A stretch of 64,000 nucleotides of DNA, from positions 32,001 to 96,000 of the forward strand of contig OZ244170.1 of assembly GCA_965216565.1 (NCBI GenBank). The letters are read 5' to 3'. This document shows positions 37,445 to 47,855 of the stretch, one piece after another. Within the stretch, counting starts at the first letter, position 1, and every line of letters begins with the position of its first letter. The notes beneath the pieces are model-generated. The model was not told the DNA's origin. It searched no databases and was given only the letters and a program-made list of their open reading frames with translations. The position numbers and the translations under genes were made by a program. The stretch comes from Bythopirellula sp. Its GTDB lineage: Bacteria; Planctomycetota; Planctomycetia; Pirellulales; Lacipirellulaceae.

Positions 37445-38466
37445 CACGGATTTTGACTATTGAAACCACCTGCGATGAGACGGCCGCAGCGGTAGTGACC
37501 GATGAGCTGAAGGTGCTGGGTGCTGTGGTTGCGTCGCAGCATGATCTGCATCAACGGTTCGGGGGCGTTGTGCCCGAAATTGCCAGTCGGGCCCATGTTG
37601 AACGCATGTTGCCGGTACTGGAAGAAACGCTCCGCGAAGCAGGTGTGGAACTGCGAGAACTAGACGCAATTGCCGTTGCCAATCGACCGGGGTTGGCAGG
37701 ATCTTTGTTGATCGGGTTGATGGCAGCCAAGGCGCTTTGCCTCGTGCATGACTTACCGCTGATCGCCGTCGATCACTTGCAGGCCCATATCTATGCCTGC
37801 AAAATTGCGAGCGGCAAAGAAGTGTTTCCCTGCATCGGTTTGATCGTAAGTGGGGGGCATTCGAATCTGTACCGCTGCAAGTCTCCATTAGATTTTACGC
37901 CGCTCGGAGGGACGATCGACGATGCTGCCGGTGAAGCGTTTGACAAGGTAGCCAGTATGTTGGGTCTGCCTTATCCTGGTGGACCATCCATTCAAGAGGC
38001 ATCTGAATCGGGCGATCCCCGGCGATTCCAATTGCCCAGACCATTGCTGGACGACAATTCGCGATTGGCGTTTAGCTTCAGTGGTCTGAAGACAGCCGTC
38101 CGATATCAACTCTTCGGCACGGGTCGACCTCAGATGGGTGCCGCCGCGAATCTCGATTCACAGCTCGTTGCTGATATGGCGGCAAGCTTCCAAGCTGCGG
38201 TGATAGATTGTCTTGTGGGAAAGGCGATGCTCGCGCTAGATCAAACGGGCTTCACGCGATTGTGCGTCGGCGGGGGCGTAGCAGCTAACCAACCGTTTCG
38301 CCAAGCATTGGAACAAAAAGCTGCGGAACATGAAATCGAATTGTATATTCCGCCTCTGTCTCTTTGCACAGATAATGCCGTGATGGGGGCGATTGCCTTT
38401 GAACGCTATAAGGCAGGCCTATTTGAATCGCTCGACCTGGATATATCTGCCGGACTGGTTCGCTAG
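37441..38466 (+). CDS. tsaD: tRNA N6-adenosine threonylcarbamoyltransferase TsaD
   Basis: IETTCDETAAA, GGVVPEIASRAH, HLQAH, VSGGHS, DDAAGEAFDK, CTDNAVM. Confidence 0.97.
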   Translation: MTRILTIETTCDETAAAVVTDELKVLGAVVASQHDLHQRFGGVVPEIASRAHVERMLPVLEETLREAGVELRELDAIAVANRPGLAGSLLIGLMAAKALCLVHDLPLIAVDHLQAHIYACKIASGKEVFPCIGLIVSGGHSNLYRCKSPLDFTPLGGTIDDAAGEAFDKVASMLGLPYPGGPSIQEASESGDPRRFQLPRPLLDDNSRLAFSFSGLKTAVRYQLFGTGRPQMGAAANLDSQLVADMAASFQAAVIDCLVGKAMLALDQTGFTRLCVGGGVAANQPFRQALEQKAAEHEIELYIPPLSLCTDNAVMGAIAFERYKAGLFESLDLDISAGLVR

Positions 38467-38493
38467 GAGAGCGGACTTGCGATAGATCATCAC

Positions 38494-39150
38494 TCAAGAA
38501 CGTAGCGCGCGAGCTTCCGCCAGGCAATCATTCAGTATCTCGGTAACCCTCGGCTCAAACTCTTTCGCGTCCCACGCTCCGTACTCCTCGTGAGAAATAG
38601 GCTCGCCGAATGCGATAGCGAGCCGTCCGGGACGTGGCAGAAGACGGCTTTTCGGCCAGGCTTGGTAGGAACCTTCAATTGCCATTGGCAGTATCGTTGG
38701 GTTCTTTTTCCGCGTGAGCATTTGAAAACCCGATTGTAGTTCAGCAATTTCTCCGTCGTCGGTACGAGTGCCTTCTGGGAAAATAAGCATGGCCGTGCCA
38801 TTGTCTAAATGCTTGAAGGTGGCTTTCAACGATGCCCTCGTCGAGCCAGCGCTGCCAACGGGGATAGCCCCCAGCGAGCGGATCATCCAACTCAACGGCC
38901 AAAAGAATAGCGACTCGCGGGCGAGTGCTCGGAGCCGTCGGGGCGATGCGGCGGCAATTGCCAGCGGATCGAGATGGCTTTGATGATTGGAGAGGACAAG
39001 CAATGGTCCCGCGGGCGGAATGTTCTCTTTACCTGAAACTTTTAAGGCAAAAATGGTTGAGAAGACCACCCGGCAGATGGTACGCACGAAGTGGTACCAC
39101 AAGTTCATTTGCTCAGTCGGTGGAGATGGTTCGGGATTGCTGTTTTGCAT
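38494..39150 (-). CDS. plsC: 1-acyl-sn-glycerol-3-phosphate acyltransferase
   Basis: NHQSHLD and IFPEGTRT motifs; follows cmk. Confidence 0.9.
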   Translation of the reverse strand: MQNSNPEPSPPTEQMNLWYHFVRTICRVVFSTIFALKVSGKENIPPAGPLLVLSNHQSHLDPLAIAAASPRRLRALARESLFFWPLSWMIRSLGAIPVGSAGSTRASLKATFKHLDNGTAMLIFPEGTRTDDGEIAELQSGFQMLTRKKNPTILPMAIEGSYQAWPKSRLLPRPGRLAIAFGEPISHEEYGAWDAKEFEPRVTEILNDCLAEARALRS

Positions 39151-39155
39151 CGCTA

Positions 39156-39812
39156 CTAGTTCGCCGACATCTTCGCATGGACAATCTGTTCCAAACAATC
39201 AACTACTTCATCTGGCGACATCCCATCGGTGGTAACGACGATTGAATCCTCGGCTTGCTTCAGTCCGCCTTGTTTCCGTTCCAAGTCGCCCAGGTCGCGT
39301 TGTTGCTGCTTGGCAAGAACCTCACCTAGTGTGATCTGCTCACCACGGGCGAGAAGGTCCTGATGACGACGCTCGGCTCGCACTTCCTCGCTAGCCGTCA
39401 GATAAATCTTGCAATCGGCGTCGGGAAAGACAACAGTTGCCTGGTCGCGGCCCTCGGTTACCACGTCGTTGCCGGCGGCGAATTCGCGCTGCAGGTCGCA
39501 GAGCAGCTCTCGTACCAGGAGGTTATCGGCGGCGTGGCGTGTCAGTGTGGTGATCTCGAAAGTCCGAATGGCGTCGGTGACATCTTGGTCGTCTAGATAG
39601 ACGCGATCGTCGGTGAGCCGAATTTCGATCTTCGCAGCCAACAGAGCCAGGGCAGCCTCGTCTTCGAATTGGATTCCTTCGCGCAACGCAGCCAGCGTCA
39701 CTGTTCGGTACATGGCTCCGGTATCGAGAAAACGAAAGTTCAGTCGCTTGGCAAGTGTCCGCGCTGCACTGCTTTTTCCAGATCCGGCAGGTCCATCGAT
39801 GGTGACGATCAT
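39156..39812 (-). CDS. cmk: Cytidylate kinase
   Basis: TIDGPAGSGKS, LDTGAMYR, VTEGRD, KIYLTAS. Confidence 0.96.
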   Translation of the reverse strand: MIVTIDGPAGSGKSSAARTLAKRLNFRFLDTGAMYRTVTLAALREGIQFEDEAALALLAAKIEIRLTDDRVYLDDQDVTDAIRTFEITTLTRHAADNLLVRELLCDLQREFAAGNDVVTEGRDQATVVFPDADCKIYLTASEEVRAERRHQDLLARGEQITLGEVLAKQQQRDLGDLERKQGGLKQAEDSIVVTTDGMSPDEVVDCLEQIVHAKMSAN

Positions 39813-39965
39813 ATGTGAAGTTGTGGATGGGGAGATGGAATGGGCAAGCTGCTGCAGACAGTCCTCGGCTGATGGGTGCTTTAATATCGATGGTCAGCGG
39901 CTCCAACGCAACCGATCCCAGCTATAATGAGAAGCTTCTGATAGACGAAATCTGCACCGGCGATC

Positions 39966-41357
39966 ATGAGCACACAAGACACGCAGACGGTTAGGCAAGT
40001 AAACACAAGCTGGGGATTGCGCCTCATTCTGCTGGTTGTGGTTGGGATCTCGGGGGCTTTGATTAGTCACAATTGGGAATCAAGCACTGTTTTCAACGAG
40101 AATCTTGACTTGCTGGCCCACGAGCGCGAAAACGTCTTCATCGACCAGCAAGCAAACACTAGTATCCGTTCGGCGGCTGGTTATCTTTTGCTCGGCTTCA
40201 CCGGAATCTATTGTTTGGTTGGTTCCAGATGGAACAGCCTTCGATGGCTCCACCCTTTGAGCTTTCTTTTTCTGGCATTCGTAGCCTGGGCCGCGCTCAG
40301 TTTACTGTGGTCCGATACGCCTGAATTATCTTTTCGCAAGATGAGTATCTTGGCACTCGTTTCGCTGGCTGCCTATGGAATCGCTTCGCGTATTTCACTT
40401 TTGGAGATCATGTGGCTCACGGCGGCCTACTTTGGAATTGCATTGCTACTAGGGATTGTATCCGAGGTTACCCAAGGAGTTTTTCGGCCCTGGTTGACCG
40501 GCTACCGACTTGTAGGTACGCAGCACCCAAACACAATTGGCATGAATGCGAGTATCCTCTGCCTAGCTGCGGGATTATTGGCTTGGCAGGCTCGGTACTC
40601 GCGCTGGCTGCTTGCATTGGTATTTGTTTTTGGATTTTTCGTGCTATTACTTTCCAAGTCGCGAACTTCCTTGGCGGCGTTTCTTGCCTCGGCACTAGTC
40701 GTAGTGCTACTAAAAACTCCGGCACAGTTCCGCTTAATGATTGGCTCACTGGCTGTGGGATTCGTGTGCATCGCTGGCATCGCTTCAAATTTTGCCAATA
40801 CGCAAGACATTGGCGAAGTAACTGCCGCAGCTTCTCTCGGAAGAAGTGATAATATCGGATCACTTACGGGGCGTTTGCCTTTGTGGAACGAAATGCTGAA
40901 GTTTGCCGATGACCATCCATTGCTTGGTTTCGGATATGGAAGTTTCTGGAGTGCTAAGCGTATTGATGATTTTTCGGAGAAGTTGCTCTGGGAGATTCCG
41001 AATGGGCACAATGCCTATCTCGACTTGCTCTTGAATCTTGGCATTGTCGGACTGAGTTTGTATGCCGCTTGGCTACTTGTTATGGCTATTACCGGAACGC
41101 AGCGATTCCTTCGCGATGGCGGGAACGGTGAATTGTTCGCTGTCGGTTTGGCGGTGTTCCTGATGATTCATGCTTTGGCCGAATCGTTGATCCTCGCTCA
41201 GGGGATCCCTTCGCTCTTGTTGCTTACGTGTTCAGCCCGGCTGGCCCTGTATCCCTCGGAACAAAGAGCGTTGGTAGGCCCAGATTTAATCCGACCCAAC
41301 AGTAAGTCGAGCGAAGCGGCTTCCCCGAGTGCGGCTGTTGACAATCTTGTTACATAA
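39966..41357 (+). CDS. O-antigen ligase / Wzy-like polymerase family membrane protein
   Basis: Multiple TM segments; HPNTIG, LSKSRTS, LTGRLPLW, PLLGFGYGSFW, GHNAYLDLLL. Confidence 0.85.
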   Translation: MSTQDTQTVRQVNTSWGLRLILLVVVGISGALISHNWESSTVFNENLDLLAHERENVFIDQQANTSIRSAAGYLLLGFTGIYCLVGSRWNSLRWLHPLSFLFLAFVAWAALSLLWSDTPELSFRKMSILALVSLAAYGIASRISLLEIMWLTAAYFGIALLLGIVSEVTQGVFRPWLTGYRLVGTQHPNTIGMNASILCLAAGLLAWQARYSRWLLALVFVFGFFVLLLSKSRTSLAAFLASALVVVLLKTPAQFRLMIGSLAVGFVCIAGIASNFANTQDIGEVTAAASLGRSDNIGSLTGRLPLWNEMLKFADDHPLLGFGYGSFWSAKRIDDFSEKLLWEIPNGHNAYLDLLLNLGIVGLSLYAAWLLVMAITGTQRFLRDGGNGELFAVGLAVFLMIHALAESLILAQGIPSLLLLTCSARLALYPSEQRALVGPDLIRPNSKSSEAASPSAAVDNLVT

Positions 41358-41753
41358 CCTCTGCACCAACGCTTTTTAGCGGGATTTGAGGCTTTTCTGC
41401 CCGGGCTTTGTCTTACGGAACGTCAGCTAAAGTTCTGGTCAGCCTGAAATTCTCGATTAGAATAGTTCATGTGGGGGGCTCCTCGGGTCTTAGGTTGGGT
41501 TGGCTTATGCTACTCCAGCTCCAACAGTCTTGGGGCAGCTTCTTGACGCTGTGGAAAGATTGCCTTCAGTGCGGTTTCCCGATAAATTTATGTAGAGGCA
41601 AAAGGCTTATCGTCTGTGTTGTGTGCCATAGTCTATTGAGGTTGGAACACCCTCTTGTGACTCACCCTTCACTAGTCGGAAGTTTATTGAATTTGGAACA
41701 TCACCTTCGCCCTTGGGTTTCGATGGGCATTAGGTGGAACAGAGGACTCTTCG

Positions 41754-43922
41754 ATGGCAAAAAGTGACGCCGTGTGGGGAATTGACATTGGTCAATGCGC
41801 TCTAAAAGCATTGAAGTGTCGGGCACACGAGAAAGACGATGACCTCATCGTTATCGAAGCGTTCGACTACATCGAGTATCCCAAGATTCTCTCTCAGCCC
41901 GAGGCTGAACCAGAAGAACTCGTCAAGGAAGCACTCGAGCAGTTCTTGTCTCGCAATGAAATTGCCGGAGACAGCGTGGCGCTCGCAGTCGCTGGCCAAA
42001 GTGGTCTGGCACGATTCATCAAACTTCCACCGGTTGAGTCAAAGAAGATCCCGGACATCGTCAAGTACGAAGCCCGTCAGCAAATACCGTTTTCTCTGGA
42101 CGACGTCGTTTGGGACTATCAGCAGCTAACTGGTGGTAGTGAAGAAGATGGATTTGCGCTCGAACCGGAGGTGGGGCTGTTCGCAATGAAGCGCGATCAG
42201 GTCGCTCGTAGCCTGGTCCCACTGGAAGAGGCGGGCATCGAGATCGAATACATCCAGCTCGCACCACTGGCAGTTTACAACTACGTATGTTTCGATCGAC
42301 TGGGCGAACTCAGCAGCGAGCCTTACGACCCCGCCAACCCGCCCGACTCGACAGTCGTCATATCACTGGGCACCGATACGACCGATTTGGTGGTGACCAA
42401 TGGCTACCGTGTGTGGCAACGCAATATACCGATTGGCGGAAATCACTTTACTCGCGCTCTCAGCAAAGAGCTGAAATTAACGTTCGTCAAAGCCGAGCAT
42501 CTTAAACGAAACGCGATGCAGGCCGACGATCCCAAGGCAGTGTTCCAGGCGATGCGGCCCGTGTTTAGCGACTTGCTGGCCGAAATTCAGCGATCCCTGG
42601 GCTATTTTACTAGTATCGATAAGTCGGCAAAAATCGGTGACGTCATCGCACTGGGAAATGCAATGAAGCTGCCGGGGCTGCAAAAATATCTCTCGCAGAA
42701 CCTAGAGCAAGACGTCAAGCCAATCGAAGAGTTTGCGAATTTGTCCGCCGGAAGTGTTAGCGGGCAATCGCAGTTTAAGGAAAACGTGCTTAGCTTCGCG
42801 GTATCTTACGGGCTCTGTGTCCAGGCATTGGGGAAGAGTGAGCTAAAGACGAATCTGTTGCCTGAAGAAATCGTCCGATCTAGATTGATCCGCGCCAAAA
42901 AGCCATGGGCTGTGGCGGGTGCCGCGGCTGTGCTGCTGGGTCTAACGTTCAATTACTTCTCGCATGTGTCTGCCTGGAGCGCTACCCAGGCTGCCGACAT
43001 GTTGTCGGCCGAGTCTCGAGCCAAAAGCGTCAGTAGCACTTCCTCGAATTTCAAAAGCCAAAGCAGCGAAATCCGAGACTTCTTTACCAAGGTGAAACAG
43101 ACGGGTCAGAACTTAGTCAGCAATGTGGACGGCCGCTTGGAGTGGTTGGAACTTATCAAAGCGGTAAACGCTGCCTTGCCTAAAGATGACCGACCGAGTG
43201 ACGAGCGACAAGAAACCACCGAAGACATTCAAAGTCGCAAAGAGTTGCATATCGAATCATTGGACGGTAAGCACTTTGCTAATCTACAGGACGAGTGGTT
43301 TACTCAGGTTCAGGCCGCTTATGCGAAGGCTCAAGGATTGCAGTCCGATCCGAATGCCGGTGGAACCGGTGATCCGAACGCTGGTGGAGGTGGCGAGAGT
43401 TCCGTAGATATTGCCAAGCCTGGTTGGGTAATCCAACTGACTGGATATCATTACCACAATCACGACACGACCAACGATATGGCGAGATTCGTGAAGAATA
43501 CTCTGATCAAATCTTTAGAAGAAGGAACGGTTGAGCTTCCTGATGGACCTAACGGAGAGATGATAGAGGTCAAGCTCTCAGATATCGGCATCAGTCACCC
43601 CTGGATCGTCCAAGATAGCCAGTTGAGTGAAGTAGAAATCCATCCTGAAGAAGGGGTTCTGGGCGAAGGCTCCCAACGGAGCGGTGCTCGGTTTGGCGGT
43701 TTTGGAGAAGAGGGCGGCGGCCGATTCGGTGCGGATCCTGACGAAGAAACAGAACCTATCGAGCTCATCAAACTCAAGCGTTACGACTTTGTGGTTCAGT
43801 TCTGCTGGATTCCAACCACAAGAGCCGAGCGAGAGGAAATTCTTGCTCAGCGCGCTCAAGCAGAAGCAGAACGAGCAGAGCAAGCGGCTGCAGAAGATCA
43901 ACTAGCCAACGACAACGAATAA
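41754..43922 (+). CDS. pilM: Type IV pilus assembly protein PilM fused to a PilN-like membrane/periplasmic region
   Basis: WGIDIGQCALK, EARQQIPFSL, IPIGGNHFT, AEIQRSLGYF, then an NLLP motif and a TM helix. Confidence 0.85.
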   Translation: MAKSDAVWGIDIGQCALKALKCRAHEKDDDLIVIEAFDYIEYPKILSQPEAEPEELVKEALEQFLSRNEIAGDSVALAVAGQSGLARFIKLPPVESKKIPDIVKYEARQQIPFSLDDVVWDYQQLTGGSEEDGFALEPEVGLFAMKRDQVARSLVPLEEAGIEIEYIQLAPLAVYNYVCFDRLGELSSEPYDPANPPDSTVVISLGTDTTDLVVTNGYRVWQRNIPIGGNHFTRALSKELKLTFVKAEHLKRNAMQADDPKAVFQAMRPVFSDLLAEIQRSLGYFTSIDKSAKIGDVIALGNAMKLPGLQKYLSQNLEQDVKPIEEFANLSAGSVSGQSQFKENVLSFAVSYGLCVQALGKSELKTNLLPEEIVRSRLIRAKKPWAVAGAAAVLLGLTFNYFSHVSAWSATQAADMLSAESRAKSVSSTSSNFKSQSSEIRDFFTKVKQTGQNLVSNVDGRLEWLELIKAVNAALPKDDRPSDERQETTEDIQSRKELHIESLDGKHFANLQDEWFTQVQAAYAKAQGLQSDPNAGGTGDPNAGGGGESSVDIAKPGWVIQLTGYHYHNHDTTNDMARFVKNTLIKSLEEGTVELPDGPNGEMIEVKLSDIGISHPWIVQDSQLSEVEIHPEEGVLGEGSQRSGARFGGFGEEGGGRFGADPDEETEPIELIKLKRYDFVVQFCWIPTTRAEREEILAQRAQAEAERAEQAAAEDQLANDNE

Positions 43923-43932
43923 TAGAATTCTC

Positions 43933-45342
43933 ATGGATAAAGTTAGACTCATCGTAGCAGTCATCTGGCGAGAGCGGTTCTGGGTACTCACTGTGCTAGG
44001 TGTGATTGTTGCTGTTACCTGTTGGCATTTGTCTTCGGGTGAACTCGATAAAGAATTCACCTCAAGAAAATCAGCAATTTCCAGCACGATTACATCGATG
44101 CGAACTTTGAGTCAAGAGACGGATCATCCTAATGATAAGGTGATTGAAGGCGACAAAGAACAAGCGAGAGTTCAGCGCAACAATACTCTCAAACAATGGG
44201 AAACTCTCTACGCTACCCAAAAAGAAGAAGTTCTTAAATGGCCAGCTGATAACCTAAAGCCGGAATTTATCGAGGCAATCGAGGAGCTGAAGTTCCAAGA
44301 TCCGTTCCCGGCAAACCTTCGTGAGAACATGCGGTCCCATTACTGGAATTACATTGGTAAGCGGTTTGACGGCATGCTGGAAATCGTCAAGGCCCTGAAG
44401 ATGGAAGGGTCGAGTGGTCGATCGGGAGGAGCTAGCCGATTTGGAGGCGAGGAGTTTGGCGGCGCCCCAATGATGCGTGGCGGAACGGATGGTGAAGAGA
44501 TCGAGGAAGACTATCTCGTTCAGTGGCTCGATCAAGGTAGTTTGCGAGAAAAGCTTGATTTCGATAGCAAGCCTACCACGCTCCAAATCTGGGTCACCCA
44601 GGAAGACTTGTGGGTGTACGAAACTCTGCTGAACGTCATTGCTAACACGAACGAAAAGGGCGGTGCGACGCGTCCCGACAATGCGGTGGTCCGCACCATT
44701 CTAACGCTGGAGGTGGGCAAAGAAGCAGCCCTGGCGAGTCGGCAGCCGTCCCAAATTCTGATGCCCGGCGGAGAATCTGAGGGAGGAGGCCGGGGCGAAT
44801 TCATGCGGGGCGAGGGTCCCAGCAGCGAATTCATGGGTGGAGGTCGAGAAGAGTTCATGGGAGGGGGGCGAGGATACCCTGGTGGAGAAACCGAGGTGAC
44901 CGACGAAATGGTTCTAGCAGGGCGTTACCTGAATGCCGAAGGCGAACCGTACCCAGGCCAACCGGAAGATCCCGAATTCCGTCGTCTGCCCGTCATCATG
45001 AAACTGGAAATGGACCAGCGTCACCTACCCGATCTGCTTGTTGAATGTGCGAATGCCACGTTGCCGATTGAGGTCGAGTCGGTAAAGATCAACCCCGAAA
45101 AATCGGGAGGCAATTTTTCTTCTGGTTCAAGTAGTTTTGGAGGCAGGCGAGGCAGCGAATTTTCTCGTATGTCTGGCGGCACGGAGGAGACGGTACCCAA
45201 TCCGAATATGGCTACAGTCGAAATTCAGGGTGTTGTTTATATCTACAACGAACCAGACAAGAGTGTCTTATCACTTCCTGGCCTTGAAGAGGAAGAAGAG
45301 CTCGACAACCAGCAGGCAGCAAACCCCACAAACTTGCGATAG
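43933..45342 (+). CDS. Hypothetical bitopic membrane protein at the PilO-like position
   Basis: N-terminal TM, coiled coil, GGEFMGG low-complexity tracts; operonic with pilM. Confidence 0.7.
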   Translation: MDKVRLIVAVIWRERFWVLTVLGVIVAVTCWHLSSGELDKEFTSRKSAISSTITSMRTLSQETDHPNDKVIEGDKEQARVQRNNTLKQWETLYATQKEEVLKWPADNLKPEFIEAIEELKFQDPFPANLRENMRSHYWNYIGKRFDGMLEIVKALKMEGSSGRSGGASRFGGEEFGGAPMMRGGTDGEEIEEDYLVQWLDQGSLREKLDFDSKPTTLQIWVTQEDLWVYETLLNVIANTNEKGGATRPDNAVVRTILTLEVGKEAALASRQPSQILMPGGESEGGGRGEFMRGEGPSSEFMGGGREEFMGGGRGYPGGETEVTDEMVLAGRYLNAEGEPYPGQPEDPEFRRLPVIMKLEMDQRHLPDLLVECANATLPIEVESVKINPEKSGGNFSSGSSSFGGRRGSEFSRMSGGTEETVPNPNMATVEIQGVVYIYNEPDKSVLSLPGLEEEEELDNQQAANPTNLR

Positions 45343-45382
45343 ACTTGTTCACAGTAAACGGTAGCAAGAAGGAGCACTCCCC

Positions 45383-47470
45383 ATGGCTAAATTGAAAAGC
45401 GGAAACGCAATTGTACGTTTATTGCTGTCTCATGGGGAAAAGCTGGGCATGCTTGCCATATTGGTTTGCGCTGGAATGCTCTTCTGGTCTGCACTTGGAG
45501 TTGAGAAGCTTGGCGACGATCAAGAACCCCAAGATCTGGTTGGCCTTACCACTCGAGCCAATGAGCAGATCACTAAATCGACGTGGGACACGGTCGACCC
45601 GAATAACAAGGTAGTCGCGGCCCCAGTCAGTATTGGTGCTATGGCCGACATCCCTGCTGATCACTTTCCAACGCTCGATTATCCTCTCAGCCGCCCAGTT
45701 CTTGATCCCATCAGTCTGAGAAAAGATCCTGCCATTCTTAGCGTCGAGGATTTAGAGGTTTACGGAGATTCAGGGCTATGGGCCAGCGCGGAAGAGTCAG
45801 TAATTCGTAGCAACCAACTTCGGGCGATGAAGGAAGCTCAAGAAAAAGCCAAAAAGGCCGAGGCAGCCTTAGAGCGAGAAACTCGGGGTAGGGGCCCAGA
45901 AGGCGGCGAAGGAAGAGGTTCCTCTCTGTTTGGTGGTTCCCCACGAGGCGGTGTGGAAGGCGGAGGAAGATTTGATCGTGAAACCTCACGCTCCCGCAAT
46001 GATGGACCTGTAATCGTCACACCTAATTCTCGGACTTCCCTCCAGGGCTTTGAGGAAATCAACGAAGAGTCCTGGGTCACCATTGTGGGTAGAATCCCAA
46101 TCGAAAAACAAACCAAAGTGTATGAGTCCGCCCTGGAAGATGCCTCAGGATACGATCCTGGCACCGATGTCCCCGTTTACAAGGGCTATGAAGTCGAGCG
46201 AGCAGAAATTACCCATACGGGGCTAGGTGAATGGAAAACCATTGCCCGCGTAAATTCCCGAGTGCTAGAGAAAGAGATCTCGACTTATCCATTCGATGCT
46301 CCGGATTTGATCTCCCAACGATATACGCATCCACTGCTCACGCATCCTTTGCCACCGTTAGTGTTGCGAGATTGGGACCGTCGCGTTACGCATTCAGAGA
46401 TTCCGCTCATCGAGGAGGAAGAACCTGAAGGGTTTGAAGACTTCGAAGAAGGCACCATGGAGGAAGAATCAGATGAAACTGATATGTTTGCACGACGCAG
46501 CAACAATTTCGACGAGGGAGGATTCGGAGAACGCTCAGGTAGAATGACAGGCCGAACGGGACGACGCAGCACACGCGGTGGACGCGGCGGCGCTCGCGGA
46601 ATGCCACGGGGCATGCCGATGAGAGGTATGAGCGAAATGATGGGCGGCGAATTCATGGGCGGAGGCATGGAGCGTGGCGGCAGAGGAGGAATGTCTAGGG
46701 GCCGAGGCTCGGTGGCGGATTTTGTATGGGACGGCCAGACATCGCACGTGTTATTCCGCTATTTCGATAACTCCGTCAAGCCAGGCAGTCGCTATCGCTA
46801 TCGCGTGCGTTTGGCTGTGGCAGACGTCAACGATGAAGTTGACGAGCGGTACCTGGACCAGACGGTTTTAGAGCGTCGCAAACAAATCAAGGTAGCCAGC
46901 CGTAAGGCCTATCAGTTTACCGAATGGAGTGAGCCAAGCCCGATTGCTAGCGTACCCCTGCCAGCACGTGTCCACGTGGCTGGAGCAGAACCCATCAAGC
47001 AGAGCAGTATCGACGACGAACCAGAAGCCGTCATGCTTGTGAAAGCTTTTGACAGCGGTTTGCCGGCGGAATTTGCCAAAAAGGAGAGTTTCCTCCGAGG
47101 TAGCGTGCTCAACCCCCTCGATGAAGCGGACGTCATCTGGACGCAAGTCAGCAGCACCGACGGTTCGGAGCAACCAGAGGAGCTCAAAGAAAAGTTCCAA
47201 TTCCGCACTGGTGTAACCGTGGTAGACATCCGCGGCGGGGAAAAATTGAGTACCAAGAATCGAGATCTTCTTCATCCAGCGAGTGTTCTGTTAATGGACC
47301 CAGCGGGCCGTCTATTCGTTCGAGTCGAGTCAGAGGACGCAGAACCGGTGCAAGAATTTGAAGATGCTAAAGAAGGCCTTACCGCCGACGGAGGCCGCGG
47401 CGGCGGTTTCCAAGGAGGATTTGGTGGTCGAGGTGGACCTGGTGGAGAGTTCTTCGGCGGCGAAGAGTAA
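45383..47470 (+). CDS. Hypothetical membrane-anchored protein of the pilM-secretin cluster
   Basis: AAGGAG RBS, N-terminal TM, RGG/MGG low-complexity tracts, FN3-like PGSRYRYRVRL. Confidence 0.7.
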   Translation: MAKLKSGNAIVRLLLSHGEKLGMLAILVCAGMLFWSALGVEKLGDDQEPQDLVGLTTRANEQITKSTWDTVDPNNKVVAAPVSIGAMADIPADHFPTLDYPLSRPVLDPISLRKDPAILSVEDLEVYGDSGLWASAEESVIRSNQLRAMKEAQEKAKKAEAALERETRGRGPEGGEGRGSSLFGGSPRGGVEGGGRFDRETSRSRNDGPVIVTPNSRTSLQGFEEINEESWVTIVGRIPIEKQTKVYESALEDASGYDPGTDVPVYKGYEVERAEITHTGLGEWKTIARVNSRVLEKEISTYPFDAPDLISQRYTHPLLTHPLPPLVLRDWDRRVTHSEIPLIEEEEPEGFEDFEEGTMEEESDETDMFARRSNNFDEGGFGERSGRMTGRTGRRSTRGGRGGARGMPRGMPMRGMSEMMGGEFMGGGMERGGRGGMSRGRGSVADFVWDGQTSHVLFRYFDNSVKPGSRYRYRVRLAVADVNDEVDERYLDQTVLERRKQIKVASRKAYQFTEWSEPSPIASVPLPARVHVAGAEPIKQSSIDDEPEAVMLVKAFDSGLPAEFAKKESFLRGSVLNPLDEADVIWTQVSSTDGSEQPEELKEKFQFRTGVTVVDIRGGEKLSTKNRDLLHPASVLLMDPAGRLFVRVESEDAEPVQEFEDAKEGLTADGGRGGGFQGGFGGRGGPGGEFFGGEE

Positions 47471-47855
47471 ATTCCAACCTGGATCACGCGCTGAATTGAT
47501 TTGCTCACACTTCGGTTGATGCGATTCAATCCAGCTAGCGCTCAATTGTCTTGGTACTATCCGCGCGATGCCATTGCTAGCGTTCTAGAGATCTTCGTGC
47601 CCTCTCAGTAATTTTTTCTAGTCGTTTCTTACGACTGCACTTGACGCGAGTCTCTCTCAACTAGTATTTAACGCCCCGCTCAGCGGCAGTTCTGTCGATG
47701 AGCTTGGAAGCTATTCGTAATTAGGGGCGTCTACCATGGGACTGTCTGGGACGATCGCGCCTCGTCAAATTCATAAGTCAGCAATGATTCCTGCGACCAA
47801 AATGTGTCGCGAGACATATTGCCATGTGTGCAAATGTCTCGAAAGGAGAGTAACC

